IMG/VR virus record: IMGVR_UViG_3300036770_004732
Coordinates: 47,302-111,301 of that record
Length of the DNA: 64,000 nucleotides
From: a virus
Direction: 5' to 3' (one strand)
Shown: positions 20,234 through 30,779 of the stretch, one piece after another
Layout of the letters: each line of letters opens with the position of its first letter
Position numbering within the stretch: the stretch's first letter is position 1
Made by a program: the position numbers and the translations under genes
Notes under the pieces: model-generated
What the model was told of the DNA's origin: nothing
Databases searched by the model: none
What the model saw: the letters and a program-made list of their open reading frames with translations, nothing else

Positions 20234-21154
20234 CTATGTTATATATTTACCCGAAAGAGTGACTCCCAAAACATTCGCAACAGATGCTCCACCAACAATA
20301 CTATCACTTACAGGAAGATATTTTGGTTTTTCTAATATTTCAATTACACTATTTTTTGGAATTGTAAGATTATAAACCAAATATCCCAATCTTACTCCCG
20401 TCGCTAATGATCCACGATAAATTGAAATGGAAGCATCAATATCAATATTCAAACTATAATTACAAAGTTTGATGGACTGTAGCATTGCTGGATTTGTAGA
20501 TGCTTGAAATATTTGAGTTCCTGATGCGGTAGTTACTGTTTTTCCTGTTCCAACATAATCAGTATCATCTTTTGTAGAGTATGTAATCCATGCATCAAGT
20601 CCGTTAATAATACCTGTTGCAGTAGATCCTGTTCCGGAAAGTGCTTGGAACCTTAAGACATCTGATGGATTTGCTACAATTGGTTGATTTAAGAATTCAG
20701 TTGCACCTTGATATGGAATAATCACTCTTTGTGCTAAAGGAACATTTGATCCGCCATTAAAATCATGTCTTCCTACAAAATATAATTCATTAGAGAATGA
20801 ATTAGAAATATGAATAGACTCGATTACATACTTTTTACCTGATGTTGATGGAAATGAATATGCAATGCCAGGACCAACAAAAATATCATTTGTTTCTGCA
20901 GTGTTTGTACCAACACCAGAAGTTACAGAAACATAAATGGATGTTGTAATACCAGTATCAAATGTTCCAGAACCACCACCACCACTAGTAAACTCTACAC
21001 CTGCCTGATATAAAGTTCCAGAAAAATTAATATCTCCACCAACGTCTAATGTATATCCAGGAGAAGTGCTAGTTATGCCAATCCTATCATTGCTGACATC
21101 AACACTTATAATATTCTCTGCAGATATGTTAGAAGTATTTCTAGTCTTTCCCAT
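20234..21154 (-). CDS. virion structural / fibre-associated protein, paralogue B
   Basis: RIGITSTSPGYTLDVGG; long near-identical stretches with 12149..13144. Confidence 0.7.
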   Translation of the reverse strand: MGKTRNTSNISAENIISVDVSNDRIGITSTSPGYTLDVGGDINFSGTLYQAGVEFTSGGGGSGTFDTGITTSIYVSVTSGVGTNTAETNDIFVGPGIAYSFPSTSGKKYVIESIHISNSFSNELYFVGRHDFNGGSNVPLAQRVIIPYQGATEFLNQPIVANPSDVLRFQALSGTGSTATGIINGLDAWITYSTKDDTDYVGTGKTVTTASGTQIFQASTNPAMLQSIKLCNYSLNIDIDASISIYRGSLATGVRLGYLVYNLTIPKNSVIEILEKPKYLPVSDSIVGGASVANVLGVTLSGKYIT

Positions 21155-21181
21155 GACTTATATTTTAGAAGTATTTATCAT

Positions 21182-21856
21182 CTACGGTACATGCAATCTA
21201 AGGCAAGGTCTATAAGATCTTGTTGATGAAGCAGTATCGGTTACAAGATATGTGCCAGCACTATCTGTCCAAGTATAATACATAGTACCTGTATTACTAA
21301 TTCTTGATATTCCAGAAGAACTGTAATTTGTGGGGCATTGTCCCCATGCAAATATAAATCCTAATGCACTTTCACCATCATATACAAAATTACTACTAAA
21401 AGAAATGGTAATATATGTGTTAGTTGAACTTGGATTGAAACTATGTTGACTTCTTACTGTAGTAAAGTCTGCTCTACCCGATCCTGATAGTGTTGGATTT
21501 GTAGAAGAAGTACTACCCGAAGGCATATGCATCATCGCAACTGCATAATTTGGTAATGGTCGATATACTGGTGCATTAGTTTGATAAAATGATAATGCAT
21601 TTATCGTTCCACCACCCGCAAGCGCATTTGTTCCATTAGCAGTTATTTCATTATAAGTATAAGTAAATCCAAGTATTGTTCTCCTAAAGAAGATATTAGT
21701 AACATTGGTTGAATTAGATGCATTAAGTGAAGTACTGGTATCAGGAAACGGTCCATATATTCCCGTTGGAGCTGGAGGTAGTGTTGTTTCACCACTAGAA
21801 ACTAATATACTTGAAGAACCACCACCAAGTCCTATTAAACCTTTTATTGGTGTCAT
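21182..21856 (-). CDS. Ser/Thr-rich putative virion protein
   Basis: PIKGLIGLGGG N-terminus; beta-rich; follows the fibre gene. Confidence 0.65.
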   Translation of the reverse strand: MTPIKGLIGLGGGSSSILVSSGETTLPPAPTGIYGPFPDTSTSLNASNSTNVTNIFFRRTILGFTYTYNEITANGTNALAGGGTINALSFYQTNAPVYRPLPNYAVAMMHMPSGSTSSTNPTLSGSGRADFTTVRSQHSFNPSSTNTYITISFSSNFVYDGESALGFIFAWGQCPTNYSSSGISRISNTGTMYYTWTDSAGTYLVTDTASSTRSYRPCLRLHVP

Positions 21857-21860
21857 ACTA

Positions 21861-24800
21861 TTATGCGAAGTTTACTAAGTTTGCTAGTACAACAAATGTT
21901 GCACTTCCAGTTTTAATTATACTATATGAATAAACATCATATCCACCAGAACCACCTGTAGTTGGTGCAGAACCACCTAACCATTCTTCAGTCACTGCAG
22001 AACCATCAATAGTCAATTCTGCAGAATATCCTGCTGCGGCCGCCGTTGTTATAATGGTAATAGATATACTTTCACCAGTATCCATTTTAGAATCTAAAGA
22101 ATTGGAAGCATCATATCTAATGTTTGGCGTTGATGTTGTAGTTTCAGTAGTGGTAAATAAATGAACCATTCCATTTGCAAGATCAATATTAGTATTATCA
22201 CTTAATTTACCTGCAGTAATATTTACAGACTCTTTAAGAAGTGCAGAAACATCTAATGCACCAGATAATGTTGTTGCAGTTACAATACCAGTAACATTAA
22301 AATTACCAGTTCCAGTAATATCTTTACTATTAAGATCTAAATTACCACCAAGTTGTGGAGTGGTGTCATCAACAACATCTGCAAGTCCACTTAATTGTGC
22401 AATAGATATTCCATCATAAGCAACAGTTTCAACAATATCATCAGTTGATGCTCCAGTTGTTAATGTTACACTAGTTCCATTTGATGCAGCATATTCTGTA
22501 TTATCAAGTTTTACACCATTTAAATATACATCAATGTATCCAACAGTATACGACAATCCAGTAAATTCAGTCTGATCATTTGTTGCTGTAAAACTAGTTA
22601 CAGTTCTTGTTGTAGTTGGAATAGTAATATCAGTGACAGATCCATCATCTGCCATTGTAATTCCCGTACCAACAAAGTTTAGTGTTGATGCACTTGCAGT
22701 AATTTCAGTTCCACCAGACTGAATTCCAATTGCTCCACCACCGCCAGAAATAGTAACTGTAGCAATACCAGTAGAATAAGTAGCAGCAACTCCAGAACCA
22801 ACAAAATTAAATGTTGTTGCAGCAGTACCTATAATAATACCTTCATCCTTTACGGTAATATCAGATCCACCTCCTCCACTACTAATCGTTACAGTTACTT
22901 CAGAATTATTTCCAGTAGCAGCAACTCCAGAACCAACAAAATTAATACTAGTTACTGCAGTACCAAGAACACTTCCTTCATCTTTGATTGTAACTGATCC
23001 TCCACCTTCACCAGATCCAGCAGGTCCTTGAACACCTTGGAGACCTTGAAGTCCTTGAGCACCTTGAGCACCTTGAGCACCTTGAGCACCTTGAGCACCT
23101 TGAGCACCTTGAAGTCCTTGGAGACCTTGTAAAGAATTAGCAGTTAAATCTCTAATAGAAACAGTTCCACCCATTCCAGAGTGAACTTCACAATAGTAAT
23201 AAATTGTGCTTGGAGAATCATAAGGAACGACAAATGTTGCTAATCCATCACTTCCAGCAGTTCCAGAATAAGTCCATCCAGAAGTGTATTGTGTTCCAGC
23301 ATTATGTGTACCATCACTAGTAGTTGATAATGCAAAAGGATGACCACTGTTAGAAGCATCTGATTGATCAAAATTATATTTTTGACCTCTTAATAAACTA
23401 ATCGTATCTTGTTGAACTCCATCAACATAAAATACTCCACCAGAAACAGTAATTGTGTAAGTTTTTGCAGTTATTTGTTCCCCAATTAGTCCCTGAAGAC
23501 CTTGAGTTCCCTGAAGACCTTGAGTTCCCTGAAGACCTTGTAGTCCCTGAAGACCTTGAGTTCCCTGATCACCTTGAAGACCTTGAAGACCTTGAAGACC
23601 TTGAGTTCCCTGAAGACCTTGAGTTCCCTGATCACCTTGTAGTCCCTGAAGACCTTGAGTTCCTTGGAGACCTTGAGTTCCTTGGAGACCTTGAGTTCCT
23701 TGGAGACCTTGAGTACCTTGATCACCTTGAAGACCTTGGAGACCCTGTGTTCCTTGATCACCTTGAAGACCTTGGAGACCTTGAGTTCCTTGAAGTCCTT
23801 GAAGTCCTTGAAGACCTTGAGTTCCCTGATCACCTTGAAGACCTTGAGTTCCTTGAAGACCTTGTAGACCTTGAAGTCCTTGAAGTCCTTGAGTTCCTTG
23901 ATCACCTTGAAGTCCTTGAGCACCTTGTGATCCTGTTGATCCAATACCTATAATTCCTTGAAGACCTTGGAGACCTTGAAGACCTTGAGCACCTTGAGTA
24001 CCTTGATCTCCCTGAAGTCCTTGAGAACCTTGAAGTCCTTGAATACCTTGAAGTCCTTGAATACCTTGAAGTCCTTGAATACCTTGATCTCCCTGAAGTC
24101 CTTGAGAACCTTGAAGACCTTGAAGACCTTGAGTTCCTTGGAGACCTTGAGTTCCTTGATCACCTTGAAGTCCTTGGAGACCTTGAGTTCCTTGATCACC
24201 TTGAAGTCCTTGGAGACCTTGAGTTCCTTGGAGACCTTGAGTTCCTTGGAGACCCTGCAATCCTTGAAGACCCTGAGTTCCTTGGAGACCTTGGAGACCT
24301 TGAAGTCCTTGAGTACCTTGAATGCCTTGAAGACCTTGAAGTCCTTGAAGTCCTTGAGTTCCTTGATCACCTTGAAGACCTTGAGCACCTTGTAAACCAG
24401 CATCATAAGGATCTGTCCAAGAAACTCCAGTGCCAGTAGAAACAAGTATCTGTCCAGAACCACCTTTCTGATGATCACTATCATAAAATCCACCATGAAC
24501 ATCGAGATCACCACCAACTGATAATGCAGTGCCTTGTTCCATATGGGTAATACCAATACCCATACCATAATTGGTTAACCAAGCATCTGTTCCAAGTCCA
24601 GAGAAAGTACCAGACTTAAACCACATAATCTTCTTATATGTTGCTGGTAATGTTTCAATTCCTGCAACATTCAAAGTTATTAATGGAGATCCTTCTGTAG
24701 ATGCAATTGCAATACCACCATGATTTGCAGTTGTATCGTTAGAAATATCATTAAGATTTGCATCCGTTCTAACTCCAAGGATCAGATCAGGATCAGAAAC

Positions 24801-27800
24801 TTTTAAGGTTTCTGCAAATATAGTCGCAGAAGTTCCGCCAATAGTTACATTTCCATCAACATACAAGTTACGTACAACAGTTAAGTCTCTACCAACTGTT
24901 AAATCATTACCATCGAAAGTTAAATTAGAAGATCCTGCTGGATTATTTGATCCATCTTTATAAACAACTTCACCAGCAAGTCCTGCCACTGGGCCAGTAG
25001 TTCCTTGAAGTCCTTGAAGTCCTTGAGTTCCTTGAAGACCTTGTAGACCTTGAAGTCCTTGAGTTCCTTGAAGTCCTTGAAGACCTTGAGTTCCCTGATC
25101 ACCTTGAAGACCTTGAGTTCCTTGAAGACCTTGTAGACCTTGGAGACCTTGAGTTCCTTGAAGTCCTTGAAGTCCTTGAAGACCTTGAGTTCCTTGAAGT
25201 CCTTGAAGTCCTTGAAGTCCTTGAAGTCCTTGAGTTCCTTGATCACCTTGAAGACCTTGAGCACCTTGTGATCCTGTTGATCCGATACCTATAATACCTT
25301 GAGTTCCTTGAAGACCTTGTAGACCTTGAAGTCCTTGAGTTCCTTGAAGACCTTGTAGACCTTGGAGACCTTGAGTTCCTTGAAGTCCTTGAAGTCCTTG
25401 AAGACCTTGAGTTCCCTGATCACCTTGAAGACCTTGAGTTCCTTGAAGACCTTGTAGACCTTGAAGTCCTTGAAGTCCTTGAGTTCCTTGATCACCTTGA
25501 AGACCTTGAGCACCTTGTGATCCTGTTGATCCGATACCTATGATTCCTTGAGTTCCTTGAAGACCTTGTAGACCTTGAAGACCTTGAGTTCCCTGATCAC
25601 CTTGAAGACCTTGGAGACCTTGAGTTCCTTGAAGTCCTTGAAGACCCTGAGTTCCTTGAAGACCTTGAAGACCTTGTAGACCTTGAAGTCCTTGAGTTCC
25701 TTGATCACCTTGAAGACCTTGAGCACCTTGTGATCCTGTTGATCCGATACCTATAATACCTTGAGTTCCTTGAAGACCTTGTAGACCTTGAAGTCCTTGA
25801 GTTCCTTGAAGACCTTGTAGACCTTGAAGTCCTTGAGTTCCTTGAAGACCTTGAAGACCTTGAGTTCCTTGAAGTCCTTGAGTTCCCTGATCACCTTGAA
25901 GACCTTGGAGACCTTGAGTTCCTTGAAGACCTTGAAGACCTTGAGTTCCTTGAAGACCTTGAATTCCTTGAAGACCTTGAGTACCTTGGAGACCCTGAGT
26001 TCCTTGAAGTCCTTGAGTTCCTTGATCACCTTGAAGACCTTGAGCACCTTGTGATCCTGTTGATCCGATACCTATAATACCTTGAGTACCTTGGAGACCC
26101 TGAGTTCCTTGAAGACCTTGGAGACCTTGAAGACCCTGAGTTCCTTGAAGACCTTGAAGACCTTGAAGACCTTGAGTACCTTGGAGACCTTGAAGACCTT
26201 GAAGACCTTGAGTTCCTTGATCACCTTGGAGACCTTGAGCACCTTGTGATCCTGTTGATCCAATACCTATAATTCCTTGAAGACCTTGGAGACCCTGAGT
26301 TCCTTGAAGACCTTGGAGACCTTGAAGACCTTGAGTTCCTTGATCACCTTGAAGACCTTGAAGACCTTGAGTTCCTTGATCACCTTGAAGACCTTGAAGA
26401 CCTTGAACTCCTTGAAGTCCTTGAGTGCCTTGAAGACCTTGAGTACCTTGAAGACCTTGAGTTCCTTGATCACCTTGAAGACCTTGGAGACCTTGGAGAC
26501 CTTGAAGACCTTGAAGACCTTGAGTACCTTGAAGACCTTGAGTTCCTTGATCACCTTGAAGACCTTGAGTACCTTGGAGACCTTGGAGACCTTGGAGACC
26601 TTGAGTTCCTTGATCACCTTGAAGACCTTGAAGACCTTGAGTACCTTGAAGACCTTGGAGACCTTGGAGACCTTGAAGACCTTGAGTTCCTTGAAGACCT
26701 TGAGTTCCTTGGAGACCTTGAGTTCCTTGATCACCTTGAAGACCTTGGAGACCCTGAGTTCCTTGATCTCCTTGGAGACCCTGAAGACCTTGAAGTCCTT
26801 GGAGACCTTGAGTTCCTTGATCTCCTTGGAGACCCTGAGTTCCTTGTCCACCACCACCCTGAAGACCTTGTAAACCTTGAGTTCCTTGAGTTCCTTGAGG
26901 GCCTCTAACACTACCAACATTATTCCAGTCTGCTCCATCATAAACCCATAGATTTCCGGTATTACTATCAATAACACCATCACCAGAACCAGCAGAGGGA
27001 AATGCATTATCAAGTTCAGTTTGTTCATTTCCCTCACTTAATGCTAGAGAACCAATAATAGTAATAGATGTTCCATCATCACCTTTATCTCCCTTTGGTC
27101 CAAGAAGACCTTGAGTACCCTGAAGTCCTTGAGTACCTTGATCACCTTGAAGACCCTGAGTTCCTTGATCACCTTGAAGACCTTGGAGACCTTGAGTTCC
27201 TTGATGACCTTGAGTTCCTTGATCACCTTGAAGACCTTGAGTTCCTTGATCACCCTGGAGACCTTGAAGACCTTGAGTTCCTTGATCACCCTGGAGACCT
27301 TGGAGACCTTGAGTTCCTTGATCACCTTGAAGACCTTGAAGACCTTGAGTACCTTGAAGACCTTGGAGACCTTGAGTTCCTTGATCACCTTGGAGACCTT
27401 GGAGACCTTGAAGACCTTGAGTTCCTTGAAGACCTTGAGTTCCTTGGAGACCTTGAGTTCCTTGATCACCTTGAAGACCTTGGAGACCCTGAGTTCCTTG
27501 ATCACCTTGAAGTCCTTGGAGACCTTGAGTTCCTTGATCACCTTGGAGACCTTGGAGACCTTGAAGACCTTGAGTTCCTTGAAGACCTTGAGTTCCTTGG
27601 AGACCTTGAGTTCCTTGATCACCTTGAAGACCTTGGAGACCCTGAGTTCCTTGATCACCTTGAAGTCCTTGGAGACCTTGAAGACCTTGAGTTCCTTGAT
27701 CACCTTGAAGACCTTGAGTTCCTTGATCACCTTGAAGACCTTGAGTTCCTTGTGATCCTGTTGATCCGATACCTATGATTCCTTGAGTTCCTTGAAGACC

Positions 27801-28799
27801 TTGAAGACCTTGGAGACCTTGAATTCCTTGATCACCTTGAAGACCTTGGGCACCTTGAGATCCTGTTGATCCGATACCTATGATTCCTTGAGTTCCTTGA
27901 AGACCTTGAGTACCTTGAGTACCTTGAGTACCTTGAAGTCCTTGAGTACCTTGAGTTCCTTGGAGACCTTGAGTTCCTTGATCACCTTGAAGTCCTTGGA
28001 GACCTTGAGTTCCTTGAAGACCTTGAGCACCTTGTGATCCTGTTGATCCTATACCTATAATTCCTTGAAGACCTTGGAGACCTTGAAGACCTTGGGCACC
28101 TTGAGATCCTGTTGATCCTATACCTATAATTCCTTGGAGACCTTGAGTTCCTTGATCACCTTGAAGACCTTGAAGACCTTGAAGACCTTGAGTTCCTTGA
28201 TCACCTTGGAGACCTTGGAGACCTTGAGTTCCTTGATCACCTTGAAGACCTTGGGCACCTTGAGATCCTGTTGATCCTATACCTATAATTCCTTGGAGAC
28301 CTTGAAGACCTTGAGTTCCTTGATCACCTTGAAGACCTTGGAGACCTTGGAGACCTTGAAGACCTTGAGTACCTTGAAGACCTTGAGTTCCTTGATCACC
28401 TTGAAGACCTTGGGCACCTTGAGATCCTGTTGATCCTATACCTATAATTCCTTGGAGACCTTGGAGACCTTGAGTTCCTTGATGACCTTGAGTTCCTTGA
28501 TCACCTTGAAGACCTTGAGTACCTTGATCACCTTGAAGACCTTGGAGACCTTGAGTTCCTTGATCACCTTGAAGTCCTTGAGCACCTTGTGATCCTGTTG
28601 ATCCAATACCTATAATTCCTTGAAGACCTTGGAGACCTTGAGTTCCTTGAAAATTACTTAATGATCCTTGCGTTCCTTGTCCACCTAAAATACCATCAGA
28701 TCCTCTAGATCCTTGAAGACCTTGTGTTCCCTGTGTTCCAGAGGTACTAGAAATTACTTTTATACTATCTTCTTGGCCTACTCTAACTCTTATAGACAT
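21861..28799 (-). CDS. giant collagen-like (Gly-X-Gln) tail fibre, 2312 aa
   Basis: Hundreds of GLQ/GTQ/GDQ triplets; internal globular islands; YYYCEVHSGMGG motif; DTTPQLGGNLD and INFVGSGV fibre motifs. Confidence 0.9.
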   Translation of the reverse strand: MSIRVRVGQEDSIKVISSTSGTQGTQGLQGSRGSDGILGGQGTQGSLSNFQGTQGLQGLQGIIGIGSTGSQGAQGLQGDQGTQGLQGLQGDQGTQGLQGDQGTQGHQGTQGLQGLQGIIGIGSTGSQGAQGLQGDQGTQGLQGTQGLQGLQGLQGLQGDQGTQGLQGLQGIIGIGSTGSQGAQGLQGDQGTQGLQGLQGDQGTQGLQGLQGLQGDQGTQGLQGIIGIGSTGSQGAQGLQGLQGLQGIIGIGSTGSQGAQGLQGTQGLQGLQGDQGTQGLQGTQGTQGLQGTQGTQGTQGLQGTQGIIGIGSTGSQGAQGLQGDQGIQGLQGLQGLQGTQGIIGIGSTGSQGTQGLQGDQGTQGLQGDQGTQGLQGLQGLQGDQGTQGLQGLQGDQGTQGLQGTQGLQGTQGLQGLQGLQGDQGTQGLQGLQGDQGTQGLQGLQGDQGTQGLQGTQGLQGTQGLQGLQGLQGDQGTQGLQGLQGTQGLQGLQGDQGTQGLQGLQGDQGTQGLQGLQGDQGTQGLQGDQGTQGHQGTQGLQGLQGDQGTQGLQGDQGTQGLQGTQGLLGPKGDKGDDGTSITIIGSLALSEGNEQTELDNAFPSAGSGDGVIDSNTGNLWVYDGADWNNVGSVRGPQGTQGTQGLQGLQGGGGQGTQGLQGDQGTQGLQGLQGLQGLQGDQGTQGLQGLQGDQGTQGLQGTQGLQGTQGLQGLQGLQGLQGTQGLQGLQGDQGTQGLQGLQGLQGTQGLQGDQGTQGLQGTQGLQGLQGLQGLQGLQGDQGTQGLQGTQGLQGTQGLQGVQGLQGLQGDQGTQGLQGLQGDQGTQGLQGLQGLQGTQGLQGLQGIIGIGSTGSQGAQGLQGDQGTQGLQGLQGLQGTQGLQGLQGLQGTQGLQGLQGLQGTQGLQGTQGIIGIGSTGSQGAQGLQGDQGTQGLQGTQGLQGTQGLQGIQGLQGTQGLQGLQGTQGLQGLQGDQGTQGLQGTQGLQGLQGTQGLQGLQGLQGTQGLQGLQGLQGTQGIIGIGSTGSQGAQGLQGDQGTQGLQGLQGLQGLQGTQGLQGLQGTQGLQGLQGDQGTQGLQGLQGLQGTQGIIGIGSTGSQGAQGLQGDQGTQGLQGLQGLQGLQGTQGLQGDQGTQGLQGLQGLQGTQGLQGLQGLQGTQGLQGLQGLQGTQGIIGIGSTGSQGAQGLQGDQGTQGLQGLQGLQGLQGTQGLQGLQGLQGTQGLQGLQGLQGTQGLQGDQGTQGLQGLQGTQGLQGLQGLQGTQGLQGLQGTTGPVAGLAGEVVYKDGSNNPAGSSNLTFDGNDLTVGRDLTVVRNLYVDGNVTIGGTSATIFAETLKVSDPDLILGVRTDANLNDISNDTTANHGGIAIASTEGSPLITLNVAGIETLPATYKKIMWFKSGTFSGLGTDAWLTNYGMGIGITHMEQGTALSVGGDLDVHGGFYDSDHQKGGSGQILVSTGTGVSWTDPYDAGLQGAQGLQGDQGTQGLQGLQGLQGIQGTQGLQGLQGLQGTQGLQGLQGLQGTQGLQGTQGLQGLQGDQGTQGLQGLQGDQGTQGLQGTQGLQGLQGSQGLQGDQGIQGLQGIQGLQGIQGLQGSQGLQGDQGTQGAQGLQGLQGLQGIIGIGSTGSQGAQGLQGDQGTQGLQGLQGLQGLQGTQGLQGDQGTQGLQGLQGLQGTQGLQGLQGDQGTQGLQGLQGDQGTQGLQGTQGLQGTQGLQGTQGLQGLQGDQGTQGLQGTQGLQGLQGLQGDQGTQGLQGLQGLQGTQGLQGTQGLQGLIGEQITAKTYTITVSGGVFYVDGVQQDTISLLRGQKYNFDQSDASNSGHPFALSTTSDGTHNAGTQYTSGWTYSGTAGSDGLATFVVPYDSPSTIYYYCEVHSGMGGTVSIRDLTANSLQGLQGLQGAQGAQGAQGAQGAQGAQGLQGLQGVQGPAGSGEGGGSVTIKDEGSVLGTAVTSINFVGSGVAATGNNSEVTVTISSGGGGSDITVKDEGIIIGTAATTFNFVGSGVAATYSTGIATVTISGGGGAIGIQSGGTEITASASTLNFVGTGITMADDGSVTDITIPTTTRTVTSFTATNDQTEFTGLSYTVGYIDVYLNGVKLDNTEYAASNGTSVTLTTGASTDDIVETVAYDGISIAQLSGLADVVDDTTPQLGGNLDLNSKDITGTGNFNVTGIVTATTLSGALDVSALLKESVNITAGKLSDNTNIDLANGMVHLFTTTETTTSTPNIRYDASNSLDSKMDTGESISITIITTAAAAGYSAELTIDGSAVTEEWLGGSAPTTGGSGGYDVYSYSIIKTGSATFVVLANLVNFA
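23020..28740. repeat. 9-bp-period low-complexity tandem repeat encoding the collagen-like region
   Basis: ccttgaaga/ccttgagtt/ccttgatca units, interrupted by unique islands and recurrent GIIGIGSTGSQ blocks. Confidence 0.95.
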
Positions 28800-28850
28800 T
28801 ATGGTATTCTAAAAAAAATTTAGAGATCTTACACAAAGACCTATTTTCTA

Positions 28851-28858
28851 TATTTATA
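28851..28858 (-). promoter_or_regulatory. T4-type late promoter TATAAATA upstream of the fibre gene
   Basis: Exact consensus about 50 bp before the ATG. Confidence 0.65.
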
Positions 28859-28935
28859 AGAAGCTAAAACAAGTAATTTTTATTGTTTCCACCAAACAAA
28901 TCCAACAATAATATAGTTCATCAATTAAAGTTATT

Positions 28936-29127
28936 TTATCGTTTATTTTTTTTCTCACAAGCACTTCTTGCCCAAGCACGACTTAAACTATTTACATAAG
29001 AACAAGGTTTTTGTTTTTTACCACAATGAGGACAAACAGCATCTGGAGGATCTTTAATGTATCCCTCAGGAGTATACATTTTTTTCTTTTTTTGATTTTC
29101 TGTTTGTTTTCTTTTTCTATGGTTCAT
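28936..29127 (-). CDS. small basic Cys-containing protein
   Basis: ORF track; CPHC..C..C. Confidence 0.55.
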   Translation of the reverse strand: MNHRKRKQTENQKKKKMYTPEGYIKDPPDAVCPHCGKKQKPCSYVNSLSRAWARSACEKKNKR

Positions 29128-29417
29128 ACAATCACAGGATCTCCTGCACCTTCAGAAAGTTTTTTAACATAAGGTCTAAGTTGATCAACTTTACCAGCAG
29201 GCAGTCCAATTTGTCCAGGAAGTTGGTTATCAGTCGTTGAAGTTATATCAATCACTTGATCCATAATAAAACGATGACGACTATAAGAGCGATTATGAGG
29301 ATCAAAACTAACCATCATAATTGCATCATTAATATCTCCACAATGAGAAATAACTCTTCCTGTTCTATTCTCTGTTACGATCCAATATTCGTTCATCATT
29401 TTCATTCTTTTTACCAT
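29124..29417 (-). CDS. hypothetical protein
   Basis: ORF track. Confidence 0.6.
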   Translation of the reverse strand: MVKRMKMMNEYWIVTENRTGRVISHCGDINDAIMMVSFDPHNRSYSRHRFIMDQVIDITSTTDNQLPGQIGLPAGKVDQLRPYVKKLSEGAGDPVIV

Positions 29418-29501
29418 TATAAATTATATAAGGTTTTCTGTAAAGTCCAGGCCAAGTATCTCTAATAATTTCTGCAAGTTTATAAGAAGTTTCAGATGTA
29501 A

Positions 29502-30215
29502 TCATTTATATTTTTCTAGTGAGTAAATTCCATTTTTTTCCACAATCGCAGAGCAAGTATCCACAAAATCTCCACAACACATATAAGTGATTTTACCAAA
29601 GTTGCGTATATTTGCCGAGTGTATATGCCCACAAATCACACCAGAATATTTTTTGTCTCTTTGAGCACAATAGGAGGCAATATCAGTCTCATATTGATTG
29701 ATATAATTTTTTCCCCTTACACTATTCTTCAAGGCATAGACTAATGAAAATTTGAAAAATCTTTCCAACCACAAACTCAGTGGTGTGATAATTTCATAAC
29801 CCTTGTTGAATATTAATTGTTTCCAAGACCCAGAAGAAAACTCAGAATACTTATCTCCATGAACACAAAAAAACTTATTCCCATTTGAATCTTCGTGAAT
29901 ATACTCATCCACCATTCGGAAATTCTTATGTTTGAAATCACAATACCGACGAATCTGACCTTCATGATTTCCAAGAATATAAACAATCTCTGTGCCTTTC
30001 TTAGCAAGATTTAGAAGTTGATGGACACACTCAGTATGCTCCTTTGTCCAACGAGTATTATATTTTTCCATACAATAGATATCAATAATATCACCTACCA
30101 TTACTAACTTTTTGGTTTTTAGATTTTTAATAAAGTTATAAAATCTTTTAGTATCACATCTAGGAGTTCCTAGGTGAACATCAGAAATAAAAACTGCATC
30201 GTAAGTCATAATCAA
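29502..30215 (-). CDS. metallophosphoesterase (UDP-2,3-diacylglucosamine diphosphatase-like)
   Basis: SDVHLG, GDIID, GNHE, HGD and GHIH motifs. Confidence 0.88.
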   Translation of the reverse strand: MIMTYDAVFISDVHLGTPRCDTKRFYNFIKNLKTKKLVMVGDIIDIYCMEKYNTRWTKEHTECVHQLLNLAKKGTEIVYILGNHEGQIRRYCDFKHKNFRMVDEYIHEDSNGNKFFCVHGDKYSEFSSGSWKQLIFNKGYEIITPLSLWLERFFKFSLVYALKNSVRGKNYINQYETDIASYCAQRDKKYSGVICGHIHSANIRNFGKITYMCCGDFVDTCSAIVEKNGIYSLEKYK

Positions 30216-30373
30216 TATCTTGATGGTGTGTAGTCAAGGTCTCCTATAATATCTTCCAACATTTCTCCATATTCTTTAAATCTTCTATCGCCAGCAATAA
30301 AGCATCTTTGACGCATCCATACCGCATCGGCAAGAAGTTTTACTTGATCTTCTGTGAGGGTTAGGGTTTTCAT
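30212..30373 (-). CDS. small hypothetical protein
   Basis: MKTLTLTEDQVKLLADAVWMRQRCFIAGD. Confidence 0.55.
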   Translation of the reverse strand: MKTLTLTEDQVKLLADAVWMRQRCFIAGDRRFKEYGEMLEDIIGDLDYTPSRY

Positions 30374-30407
30374 TTTTAGTATTGCAACTCTTATATGTAT
30401 AAAATTG

Positions 30408-30779
30408 TCAATATCTAATATTTTTTCTTGGTCTATATGCATAAAGATTTGTTGGTTTGAGTGGAGTCATCCACTCTTCTATAATATTAAATTTCTCTTC
30501 ACAATAAAAATCTTGCTGCACGTACCACAACTTCCAATGTTCATGTCCTTTTGATTGATTACAAGGTTTGCAACAACACACTACATTTCTTGTTATATCT
30601 AGTCCACCTTTAGATTGTGGAATAACGTGGTCCAAAGTCAAATCTTCTTCTGAATCACAGTAAGCACATTTATGATTCCAACTTTCTTTTATTTGTTTTC
30701 TCCATAATCGTTTTGCTTCTGACTGACTTGTTGCTTGAAGATTGAACAAGTATTCTTGAGGCGACTGGAGAGGTCCCAT
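30408..30779 (-). CDS. HNH endonuclease
   Basis: CAYC...TLDHVIPQSKGG...NVVCCCKPCNQSK. Confidence 0.9.
   Translation of the reverse strand: MGPLQSPQEYLFNLQATSQSEAKRLWRKQIKESWNHKCAYCDSEEDLTLDHVIPQSKGGLDITRNVVCCCKPCNQSKGHEHWKLWYVQQDFYCEEKFNIIEEWMTPLKPTNLYAYRPRKNIRY

Noticed and set aside
23453-27778. Many long ORFs with KVFKEL, ETLSSL or EDLEFL repeats
   Set aside because: Shadow frames of the 9-bp collagen repeat, which lacks stops in several frames
23020-28740. Collagen repeat as a CRISPR array
   Set aside because: No constant repeat with unique spacers; it is an in-frame coding repeat
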